A DNA stretch of 64,000 nucleotides from Anaerolineae bacterium. GTDB taxonomy: Bacteria; Chloroflexota; Anaerolineae; B4-G1; DUEL01. The notes below the pieces were generated by a model. The model had not been told where the DNA came from and did not search any database. It was given only the letters and a program-made list of their open reading frames with translations. The stretch spans positions 1 to 64,000 of the forward strand of contig JBDOIF010000014.1 in NCBI GenBank assembly GCA_041082215.1, written 5' to 3'. Shown one piece after another: positions 48,228 through 56,145 of the stretch (position 1 is the first letter of the stretch; each line of letters starts with the position of its first letter). A program made the position numbers and the translations under genes.

Positions 48228-48521
48228 TCAGTAGCCGCGCAGCACCAGCGGCAGGTAGACGCAGTACTGCACCTCCGCCCCACCCCAAAAACCGCCGAGC
48301 AGCGTATAGCCGCCGCCCTCGAGCGCGCCTGCGTCTGCCTGGCCGACCGTGCCGCCCAGGCTGTAGCCGCCGCCCTCGCTCCAGGTGGCGCCCCCGCCGT
48401 CTACCGTCCACCAGCTCAGGTCGTAGCCGCCGCCGGATTGGGCAGCAACGCCGACGGCGACGGTCAGCAAGATAAGGACCGCCAGAAGCAAAGCGCAAAA
48501 GGTAAAACGTGAAGCATTCAT
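48228..48521 (-). CDS. Small secreted Gly-rich protein with C-terminal YLPL tag
   Basis: Signal peptide VAA-QS; GGYDLSWWTVDGGG...LGGTVGQADAG...GGFW; ends VYLPLVLRGY. Confidence 0.82.
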   Translation of the reverse strand: MNASRFTFCALLLAVLILLTVAVGVAAQSGGGYDLSWWTVDGGGATWSEGGGYSLGGTVGQADAGALEGGGYTLLGGFWGGAEVQYCVYLPLVLRGY

Positions 48522-48532
48522 GGCGCCCCTCC

Positions 48533-50266
48533 CTACCAGGCCACCTCCACCGTGCGCACAGTGGCAACCCAGCGGATGGTCTCTCCGTTACCCCTGACCT
48601 GGACGAGAAGCGCACCCCAGAAAGTATCGAGGGATACCTGCACGTCCCAGGCAAGATCATCTTCCCCCAGCGTTGTCACCGTTGGGGTTCCGACAAAAGC
48701 CACTGTTCCACCTACATTCTCGATGACGCCTTCAACGCGGTATCCGGCCGACTCGCCAGCATCGCTGCGCCCCACCACCAGAATGTCAAAGGTCATGGTG
48801 CGGCCCGCCGCGACGGCGAGAGGAGTGGAGATACCATCCAAGTAGAGTGTAGTCCACGAAGAACCAGTGCTGGTGTTGCGCATCACGTAGAGCGAGGTCT
48901 GGGCATCGCCATTGCTAGAGAACCTTCCACTGGCATAGGCCATCTGGCCGTAGTGGTCAGCCAGTGCTCTATATCCGCCGGGGACGGTGGCGTTGGAGCC
49001 ACTGGCAGTATTCTCATGGCCGCCAGCAATAGTGGCGTCGCCACCGCTGGCGACGTTCCCGTAGCCTCCGCCCACGGCTGCATTTGTGCCGCTGGCGGTA
49101 TTGCCTCCGCCTCCGCCGACGGTGGCGTTCCAGCCGCTGGCCTTGTTGTTACCGCCGCCACCGACAGCAGCGCCCGTGCCGCTGGCGGTGTTGCCATCGC
49201 CCCCGCCGACGGTGGCCCCGTCGCCGCTGGCGGTGTTGTTCCGGCCTCCGCCGACCGCCGCGTACTGACTGGTGACGGTAATGTTGTAGCCACCGGCAAT
49301 GGCTGCGTAGTAGGCAGTGCCGGTGATCAGGTTGCTCCAGCCCCCACCGATAGCGGCCAGAGTACTGCTGATCGTGTTGTACGCGCCGCCGCCGATGACA
49401 GAGTTGCCCCCGGTGGCGCTGTTGTTCATCCCCCCGCCGACGGCCGCGCCGTCGCTCAGAGCCTCGTTGTTCCCGCCCCCACTGACGGTGGTCGCGTAGC
49501 CGCTGGCGGTGTTCTGATTGCCGCCGGCGATTGTTGCCGCCTGGCCGGAGGCGTTGTTGGCCGCTCCGCCGCCAATTGCGGTGTCCTGGTCAGCCGCGTT
49601 GTTCAGCCGCCCCCCGCCGACGGTAGCAGCAAAGCCGCCGACGGTGTTGGCAAGCCCTCCGCTGATGGTGCCATAGTTGGCGTCGGCAGTAATGGTGTTG
49701 GGGGACGTGTTGGACCCGCCGCCGCCGATGGTGGCGCCGACCGTACTGGCGTCTACGCTGTTGTACCTGTAGCCGCCGATGAGGTTGTTGGCATTCGGCT
49801 GGGTCCACAGGCCCGGCAGCGCCAGCGCGTAGGGAACGGCGGTCAGCGGCTGGCGCGGGGAGAGGGTGGTGTAACCTGTATCCCCCGTGCACTGGACCGC
49901 GATCTGCAGCCAGCGAGCATCGCCCTGAAAAGCGCCCGCGCCAAAGTCCAGGTCGGGGATGGTGAACAGGCCATTGGTCACCTGAACGCCCGTCCTGGTC
50001 TGGGTCGAGCCGACCTGACCGGTGGAGTTGCTGAGGGAATCCCACAGGCTGAACTGAAAGTCGCAGGTATCGTTGACGGGATTGCCGTCCCTTTTGAGTT
50101 GACCCTGGTAGGTGAAGGCAGTGCCCACGAGCGCCAGCGCCCCCCTTCCCCCTTGCGGCTGCGCACCCTCTGGCGGCTCTGGCCCCTGGGCGTGGGTCAG
50201 CCCAGCGGCCAGAGCCAGAACGAGTGCCGTGACCAGCGTGCTCAGAAGGATCCACCTGGTTTTCAT
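48533..50266 (-). CDS. Secreted fibre/adhesin-like protein with AFTYQG N-domain and 14-aa Gly repeats
   Basis: TAFTYQGQL...NGLFT...LSPRQPLTAVPYA; many (A)TVGGGxxNxASG repeats. Confidence 0.78.
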   Translation of the reverse strand: MKTRWILLSTLVTALVLALAAGLTHAQGPEPPEGAQPQGGRGALALVGTAFTYQGQLKRDGNPVNDTCDFQFSLWDSLSNSTGQVGSTQTRTGVQVTNGLFTIPDLDFGAGAFQGDARWLQIAVQCTGDTGYTTLSPRQPLTAVPYALALPGLWTQPNANNLIGGYRYNSVDASTVGATIGGGGSNTSPNTITADANYGTISGGLANTVGGFAATVGGGRLNNAADQDTAIGGGAANNASGQAATIAGGNQNTASGYATTVSGGGNNEALSDGAAVGGGMNNSATGGNSVIGGGAYNTISSTLAAIGGGWSNLITGTAYYAAIAGGYNITVTSQYAAVGGGRNNTASGDGATVGGGDGNTASGTGAAVGGGGNNKASGWNATVGGGGGNTASGTNAAVGGGYGNVASGGDATIAGGHENTASGSNATVPGGYRALADHYGQMAYASGRFSSNGDAQTSLYVMRNTSTGSSWTTLYLDGISTPLAVAAGRTMTFDILVVGRSDAGESAGYRVEGVIENVGGTVAFVGTPTVTTLGEDDLAWDVQVSLDTFWGALLVQVRGNGETIRWVATVRTVEVAW

Positions 50267-50290
50267 CTTGCACCTCCCTGAAAAGTATGT

Positions 50291-50971
50291 CTAATCTTCC
50301 TCCTTTTGCCCTTCGTGGCCGCTCTCCAGCGTCGCCCAGCCCCGACGCAGCGCCTCCAGCGCGGCCTGGGTGCGGCTGTTGACGTGGAGTTTGCGGTAGA
50401 TCTCGCTCAGACGGTTGGCCACCGTCCGTTCCGAGAGGGCCAACCGCTCCGCCACCGTCTTGTTGTCGGCCCCCTGGGCCACCAGACGCAGCACCTGCAT
50501 CTCCCCCTCGGTCAGTTCCTCCGTCTCCCCGACGGCTTCTCCCCGGCTGAGGCGGCGGAATTCATCCAGGAGCCGCGCTGCCAGGCTGGGGTTGATCAGG
50601 GCGTCGCCCCGGCAGACGGCGCGAATGGCCTCCACCAGTTCCTTCTCGTCTATATCTTTCAACAGGTAGCCCCGCGCGCCCGCCCTGATAGCCTCAAAGA
50701 CGTACTGGTCCTGCCGGTACATGGTGAGGATGATCACCCGTACGCTGGGATCGTTGGCTACGATCAGCCGGGTCGCCTCCACGCCATCCTGACCGGGCAT
50801 CCGGATATCCATCAGGATGACGTCGGGCTTCAACTCGCGGGCCAGCCGAACCACCTCCTGACCATCCTCCGCCTCGCCCACTACTTCTATCCCCGCCGCC
50901 TGACATACGTGGCGCAACCCCTGACGGAAGAGGCGGTGGTCGTCGGCAATCAACACTCGGACAGGTGACAT
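50291..50971 (-). CDS. NarL/LuxR-family response regulator
   Basis: ADDH, DVILMDIRMP, GYLLK; C-terminal LuxR HTH. Confidence 0.95.
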   Translation of the reverse strand: MSPVRVLIADDHRLFRQGLRHVCQAAGIEVVGEAEDGQEVVRLARELKPDVILMDIRMPGQDGVEATRLIVANDPSVRVIILTMYRQDQYVFEAIRAGARGYLLKDIDEKELVEAIRAVCRGDALINPSLAARLLDEFRRLSRGEAVGETEELTEGEMQVLRLVAQGADNKTVAERLALSERTVANRLSEIYRKLHVNSRTQAALEALRRGWATLESGHEGQKEED

Positions 50972-50983
50972 GAGCGCCTCCTA

Positions 50984-51025
50984 TTGCGTATTCCTTACTA
51001 CGTATACGCTATACGGAATACGCAA
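50984..51025. repeat. Heptamer-type inverted repeat between kinase and regulator
   Basis: TTGCGTATTCC / GGAATACGCAA perfect 11-bp arms. Confidence 0.7.
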
Positions 51026-51031
51026 CACATC

Positions 51032-54000
51032 TCACCCCCTCAGCACAGCGCGTATCTCCGTTCCCTCTCCCGGCTGTGAGTGCACCTCCAGTGTCCCACC
51101 CAGGGCCTCCACCCGCTCCCGCATCTGCTGCAGGCCCAGATGTCCCCGGTGGGCCAGCTCCGGCAACCTGGTCGGGTCAAAGCCTACGCCGTCGTCCCGC
51201 ACCTGCAGGACGATTCCCCCGGCCAGGTCCAGGTCCACCCAGACCATATATGCCCGGGCATGTCGGGCGATGTTGTTCAGCGCTTCCTGGATGATGCGGA
51301 AGAGCACTGGCTCCAGGTGGGCGGGCAACTGCTCCTCGGCTCCCCTGACCTGAAGGCTCACGTGCAACTGGTTCTGTTCCCCGAACTCCTCCAGGAAGCG
51401 GCGCAGGGCGGGCCAGAAGCCCAGTTCGTCCAGCGCCACCGGGCGCAGGGCGAAGATCGCGCGGCGCACCTCGCGGATTTGCTCGCCCAGGAGGCGGTGG
51501 AGTTCCTCCAGTTCGGCTTTGGCCTGGGCCGGGTCGCTCTCCACCAGGGCCTGCCAGCGACGCACCTGCAGGCGCAACCCGGCCAGGTCCTGTGCCAGAC
51601 CGTCGTGGATCTCACGGGCGATGCGGCGGCGCTCCTCGGCGATGGCCTCCTCCTCGGAACGGCGTGCTTTCTCGGCGGTGAGGTCCTCTATGGCCAGGAT
51701 GCAGCGTTTCAAGTTGCCCCCCGGCCCCGCCGCTGCGCAGATACGCAGGGGGAAAGGTTGGCCATCTTCACGCTGGCCGGTAGCCTCCAGTGTGACCTGC
51801 TCCCCATTTTCCAGCGCACGGGCCATGTGCCCCGGGACGGCCCACGAATCGGGGGAGAACAGCGTGGTCAGCGACGCATCCCTCAGCGCCTCCAGTGGTC
51901 GGCCGAACAACCGCTCAAAGCCGGGGTTGGCGTGCAAAAGGCGTGGAGGCTGTTGTGTCAGGTCCGCCTCGCAGACACCCAGCGGGGCGTTTTCAAAAAG
52001 GGTGCGGAAGCGTTCCTCGCTCTGGCGTAACGTGGCGACATAGCGCATCCGGGCCCTGGTGACAACCAGAACGATGCTCAGGGCAACGAGCGCTGCCAGA
52101 GCACGGAACCACCAGGTCTGCCAAAACGGCGGAGTGATGACCACCCGCACGGCCAGCTCTTCCTCACTCCAGATGCCGTCGTTGTTGCTCCCTCTGACGC
52201 GGAAGGTGTAGGTCCCCGGCGGCACGTTGGTGTAGGCGGCATACCGCCGCGTGCCGCAATAGACCCAGTCCCGGTCGAAGCCCTCCAGGATGTAGGCGTA
52301 GCGGTTCTTCGCAGGGTCGGCATAATCCAGCGCCGCAAACTCAAAGGAGAAGAAATTGTCCCTGTAGGACAGGGTGATCTCGTGGATGTCGGTCAGCGCA
52401 CGGCCAAAATCCACCACCTGGTCGAACTTGCGGAAGGCAGTGAGGACGACCGGGGGTACGTGAGGGTTATCCCGAACATCGGCTGGATAGAAACTGTTGA
52501 GGCCATTGGCGCCGCCGAAGAAGAGTTCGCCGTCGGGGCTGCGGTAAGCCGCACCGATGATGAAATGCATCCCCTGTAGCCCATCGCTCACATCATAGTT
52601 GCGGAACGTTTCTGTGCGCGGGTCGAAGCGGGAAAGCCCACCGCCCATCGTCGCCAGCCACAGGTAGGGGCGCCCCTGGCGGTCGCCCAGGATGGCGGCG
52701 ATGCCGTCATTGGGCAGGCCGTCCTCCACGGTGAATACGGTGAACCGCCCCGCATCCCGGTCATCCAGGCGGCTCAGCCCGCCGTGCGTTCCCACCCAGA
52801 GCGTCCCGTCCGGCGCCTCGTAGAGCGACCAGACAAAGTCGTCGCTCAGGCTGTGGGGGTCGGACGGGTTGTGGCGATATTGGGTGAAAGGGCGAGGCGG
52901 CGCCTCGCCCCCACCCGGGTCAAAACGTACCAGGCCGTTGTAGGTGCCCAGCCAGAGGATGCCGTCCCGGTCCTCCAGGATGGCGCGGACACCGTAGGTG
53001 TTGGGGAAGCCGTCAGGGTGGTCCGGGTCGTACCGGTAGACGATAAAGTAGGGGCGAGGCGATACCTCGCTCCCATCCAGGTCCAGGCGGGAGAGAGCGC
53101 CCGGATCCTCCGTTCCGATCCAGAGAGCGCCGGAGCGGTCCTCGTAGATAACCTTGACCGCGCCTGGGCCGAGGGAATGCGGGTCAGCGGGGTCGTGGAC
53201 GTAATGGGTGAAGCAGGGGCGAGGCTCGCCCCCGCCCTTAACCGGGTCCAGCCGGTCCAACCCCGCGCTCGTCCCCACCCAGATGGCGCCGGTGGAATCC
53301 TGATACAGGGCGGTAACGTGGTCATGGCTCAGACTGTGAGGGTCGGCCGGATCGTGACGGTAGTGGGTGACCTGGCCCGTGGCGGGGTCTATGCGATCCA
53401 GCCCTCCGTTGTGAAGCCCGACCCACAGGATGCCTCCGCGGTCTTTGAGGACCGCCCCGACGACGGGCGCGCCCAGGCTATCCGGGTTCAGGGGGTCGTG
53501 GCGGTAGAGGACAAACCGATTCTTCTGGGGGACATAACGGCTGACGCCGCCGTCGGTGGCGATCCAGAGGATACCCGATCGGTCCTCGTAAAGGGCGTAG
53601 ATGCGGTCGTTGACCAGGCTGTAGGGGTCCAGCGGGTCGTGGTGGTAGCAGGGGCAAAGCGACGCTTCGCCCCTACCCGCGCGCTCCAGCACGGCCAGGC
53701 CATCCTCGGTGCCGACCCAGAGGGTGCCAGTGCGATCCTCCAGCAGGGCGGTGACGTGGGCATGGTCCAGGCCCCGGCGGTGAGGCGTAAACCGATCGGC
53801 GACAGGGTCCAGAGAGGCCAGCCCGCCCACGGCTGGCTCGTGGGGAGCGCCCATGCCCACCCAGAGCGTGCCCGTGCGGTCCTGAACGATGGCCGTCACC
53901 CGGTTGTAGGGCAAACTGTGCGGATCGGCCGGATCGTGCTGATAGATGCGCCCGTCCAGGGCGTAGACACCGCCGTACTCCGTCCCCACCCAAATGGTCC

Positions 54001-54571
54001 CGGCCTGGTCCTGGTAGATGGACAGAATATGGCTGCCGTTTTCGGGCAGGGGGTGATGTAGGAAGCGGTCGGCCTGGGGATCGTAGCGGAAGAGGCCCGC
54101 CCCGGCCGTGCCGACCCAGAGGGTGCCTTCTGGAGCCGAATAGATCGCCGTGACGGACTCAGAGACCTCGGGGTAGTGGACGAATCGAGAGGCACCGGGG
54201 TCAAAACGGTCTATCCCGCTCACCGTCCCCACCCACAGCCTGCCGCCGGAATCTACTGCCAGAGCCTGGACGGTGTTGTGGATCAGGGAATCGGGATCGG
54301 AGCGCAGGTGACGGAAGACGGTGAAGGTGTAGCCGTCGTACCGGTTCAGGCCGTCCTGGGTGCCGAACCAGAGGAAGCCCTGCTGGTCCTGAACGATGGC
54401 ATATACAATATCGTGGGAGAGTCCGTCGGCGGTGGTAAGATGGAAGAAACGCAGCGCAGGGGTCTGAGCCTGCGCGGGCAGCGGCAGGGCCAGATAGACC
54501 GTCAGGAGGAGAGCGGCGGTAAAGAGGGGGATGGTGAACGACTTTATCCCCAGGAGACCTGGGCTTTTCAT
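51032..54571 (-). CDS. Sensor histidine kinase: beta-propeller repeats, Y_Y_Y, TM, PAS, HisKA_3, HATPase
   Basis: Repeated D..G.LWVGT..GL blades; YTNVPPGTYTFRVRGSNNDGIW; ERRRIAREIHDGLAQ; DDGVGF. Confidence 0.93.
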   Translation of the reverse strand: MKSPGLLGIKSFTIPLFTAALLLTVYLALPLPAQAQTPALRFFHLTTADGLSHDIVYAIVQDQQGFLWFGTQDGLNRYDGYTFTVFRHLRSDPDSLIHNTVQALAVDSGGRLWVGTVSGIDRFDPGASRFVHYPEVSESVTAIYSAPEGTLWVGTAGAGLFRYDPQADRFLHHPLPENGSHILSIYQDQAGTIWVGTEYGGVYALDGRIYQHDPADPHSLPYNRVTAIVQDRTGTLWVGMGAPHEPAVGGLASLDPVADRFTPHRRGLDHAHVTALLEDRTGTLWVGTEDGLAVLERAGRGEASLCPCYHHDPLDPYSLVNDRIYALYEDRSGILWIATDGGVSRYVPQKNRFVLYRHDPLNPDSLGAPVVGAVLKDRGGILWVGLHNGGLDRIDPATGQVTHYRHDPADPHSLSHDHVTALYQDSTGAIWVGTSAGLDRLDPVKGGGEPRPCFTHYVHDPADPHSLGPGAVKVIYEDRSGALWIGTEDPGALSRLDLDGSEVSPRPYFIVYRYDPDHPDGFPNTYGVRAILEDRDGILWLGTYNGLVRFDPGGGEAPPRPFTQYRHNPSDPHSLSDDFVWSLYEAPDGTLWVGTHGGLSRLDDRDAGRFTVFTVEDGLPNDGIAAILGDRQGRPYLWLATMGGGLSRFDPRTETFRNYDVSDGLQGMHFIIGAAYRSPDGELFFGGANGLNSFYPADVRDNPHVPPVVLTAFRKFDQVVDFGRALTDIHEITLSYRDNFFSFEFAALDYADPAKNRYAYILEGFDRDWVYCGTRRYAAYTNVPPGTYTFRVRGSNNDGIWSEEELAVRVVITPPFWQTWWFRALAALVALSIVLVVTRARMRYVATLRQSEERFRTLFENAPLGVCEADLTQQPPRLLHANPGFERLFGRPLEALRDASLTTLFSPDSWAVPGHMARALENGEQVTLEATGQREDGQPFPLRICAAAGPGGNLKRCILAIEDLTAEKARRSEEEAIAEERRRIAREIHDGLAQDLAGLRLQVRRWQALVESDPAQAKAELEELHRLLGEQIREVRRAIFALRPVALDELGFWPALRRFLEEFGEQNQLHVSLQVRGAEEQLPAHLEPVLFRIIQEALNNIARHARAYMVWVDLDLAGGIVLQVRDDGVGFDPTRLPELAHRGHLGLQQMRERVEALGGTLEVHSQPGEGTEIRAVLRG
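52888..53676. repeat. Four GTAG-family REP palindromes inside the kinase gene
   Basis: 52888-52914, 53048-53076, 53213-53242, 53648-53676; e.g. GTAGGGGCGAGGCGATACCTCGCTCCCA and, on the minus strand, GTAGGGGCGAAGCGTCGCTTTGCCCCTGC. Confidence 0.8.
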
Positions 54572-54610
54572 ACCACCACCTGTGTGCTAAAATGGATAAG
54601 ACTTACGAAA

Positions 54611-55480
54611 ATGGATTCCGTTCAACCCTGCGACTTCGGCGGTTCCGGGCCGCTCCTTCACCTGGCTCACGCCAACGGCTTCCCGCCAGGGGCGTACCGT
54701 CTGCTGGCGGAGGCCCTCGCAGAATGGTCCCACGTGGTGGCGTTGCCCGCCCGCCCCCTCTGGCCCGGCAGCCGTCCCGAGAGCGCCCCCACCTGGCACT
54801 CCCTGGCCGATGACCTGATCCAGGCCTTCGACCGGCTGGGGTGGCGGGGGGTGATCGGTGTGGGCCATTCGATGGGTGGGGTGGTCACCCTCTGGGCTGC
54901 CGTCCGCCGCCCGGAGCTCTTCCGCGCCGTCGTGCTCGTTGATCCGGTCATCCTGCCGCCCACCTGGCTCTGGCTGGTCCGGCTGGCCTGGCTCCTGGGC
55001 CTCCAGCACCGGCTACCGCTGGTGCAGGAAGCACTCCGTCGGCGGCGGACCTGGCGCAGCCGTCAGGACTGCTACGAGCTGTACCGGCGACTCCCCTTCT
55101 TCGCCAACTGGCCGGACGAGAGCCTCCGGGCCTATGTGTGGGCAGGGACCCGGCAGCGGGAGGATGGGCTTATAGAGCTGGTCTATCCGCCGGAGTGGGA
55201 AGCCCACCTCTTTGCCACCGTCCCCACCGATGTCTGGCGCGCCGTCCCCCGCCTGCGTGTCCCGGCGCTGGTGATCCGCGGCGAACGCTCCAGCACCTTC
55301 CGGCCCGAAAGCCAGGCCCGGATGGAACGGCTGCTCCCTCACGCCCGGTTCGTCGTCATCCCCGGGGCGGGCCACCTGGTGCCGATGGAGCGGCCCGAAC
55401 TGGTGGCGGCGACGATCCGGGAGTGGATGGCCCCTGCGCCCGCCGTGGGCAAGCAGAGCCTGATACCGGCTACCGGATAG
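54611..55480 (+). CDS. Alpha/beta hydrolase
   Basis: HANGF, GHSMGG nucleophile elbow, GHLVPME. Confidence 0.9.
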   Translation: MDSVQPCDFGGSGPLLHLAHANGFPPGAYRLLAEALAEWSHVVALPARPLWPGSRPESAPTWHSLADDLIQAFDRLGWRGVIGVGHSMGGVVTLWAAVRRPELFRAVVLVDPVILPPTWLWLVRLAWLLGLQHRLPLVQEALRRRRTWRSRQDCYELYRRLPFFANWPDESLRAYVWAGTRQREDGLIELVYPPEWEAHLFATVPTDVWRAVPRLRVPALVIRGERSSTFRPESQARMERLLPHARFVVIPGAGHLVPMERPELVAATIREWMAPAPAVGKQSLIPATG

Positions 55481-55489
55481 GCACACCCT

Positions 55490-56068
55490 ATGGAAGATTG
55501 CCGTCGCTGCCCGGCGCTGGCGGCCAATCGGCGGCGGATCGTCCCCGGCTACGGCCCCACCCCGGCACGGGTGATGTTCGTGGGGGAAGCCCCCGGCTAC
55601 CGTGGAGCCGACATCACAGGCATCCCCTTCACCCGGGACCGGTCTGGCCGCCGTCTTCAGGCGCTTCTCATCCGGCTGGGGCTCTCGCTGGAGGAGGACC
55701 CCGCCGTTGAGCATCCCCGCCTGCGGGACTGTTATCTCACCAACCTGGTTCGTTGCAACCCCCCGGTCAACCGTCGCCCCACCTGGACGGAGACGGAGGC
55801 CTGCTTCCCCTATCTCCAGGCGGAGCTGGAACGGGTACGCCCCCAGGTTCTTGTGCCCGTGGGGCTTTTGCCCTCCCGTGTCCTACTGAACCATCTGCTG
55901 GGCCGGACTGCAGGCCGGATGCGAGAGCTTCACGCCTGCCCCATATGGATCGAGCCGGGAGTTTGCCCCGATCCGCTGAAGGTAATCCTCCCGCTGCGCC
56001 ACCCCTCCCGCGCCAGCAACCTGGAGCTGGAGACCTTCGTCCAGGCCCTGGCCGCCCTCCTGGAATAA
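55490..56068 (+). CDS. Uracil-DNA glycosylase family protein (Fe-S type, family 4/5-like)
   Basis: CRRC, GEAPG, TGIPFT, NLVRCNPP.NR.P....C, HPS. Confidence 0.88.
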   Translation: MEDCRRCPALAANRRRIVPGYGPTPARVMFVGEAPGYRGADITGIPFTRDRSGRRLQALLIRLGLSLEEDPAVEHPRLRDCYLTNLVRCNPPVNRRPTWTETEACFPYLQAELERVRPQVLVPVGLLPSRVLLNHLLGRTAGRMRELHACPIWIEPGVCPDPLKVILPLRHPSRASNLELETFVQALAALLE

Positions 56069-56144
56069 CCACGGAGGCCCAGAGAACACAGAGTCCCACA
56101 CGGCTACTCCAGATTCCCCTCCGTGTCCTCCGCGTCCCTGTGGT
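56068..56144. repeat. ACCACGGAG-type inverted repeat between convergent genes
   Basis: ACCACGGAGGCCCAGAGAACACAGAG...CTCCGTGTCCTCCGCGTCCCTGTGGT. Confidence 0.65.
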
Positions 56145-56145
56145 C

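Noticed and set aside
48509..50281. Long antisense ORFs (also 6147-7622, 28022-29533, 34865-36397, 52784-54061)
   Set aside because: Expected in high-GC coding DNA; no recognisable motifs.
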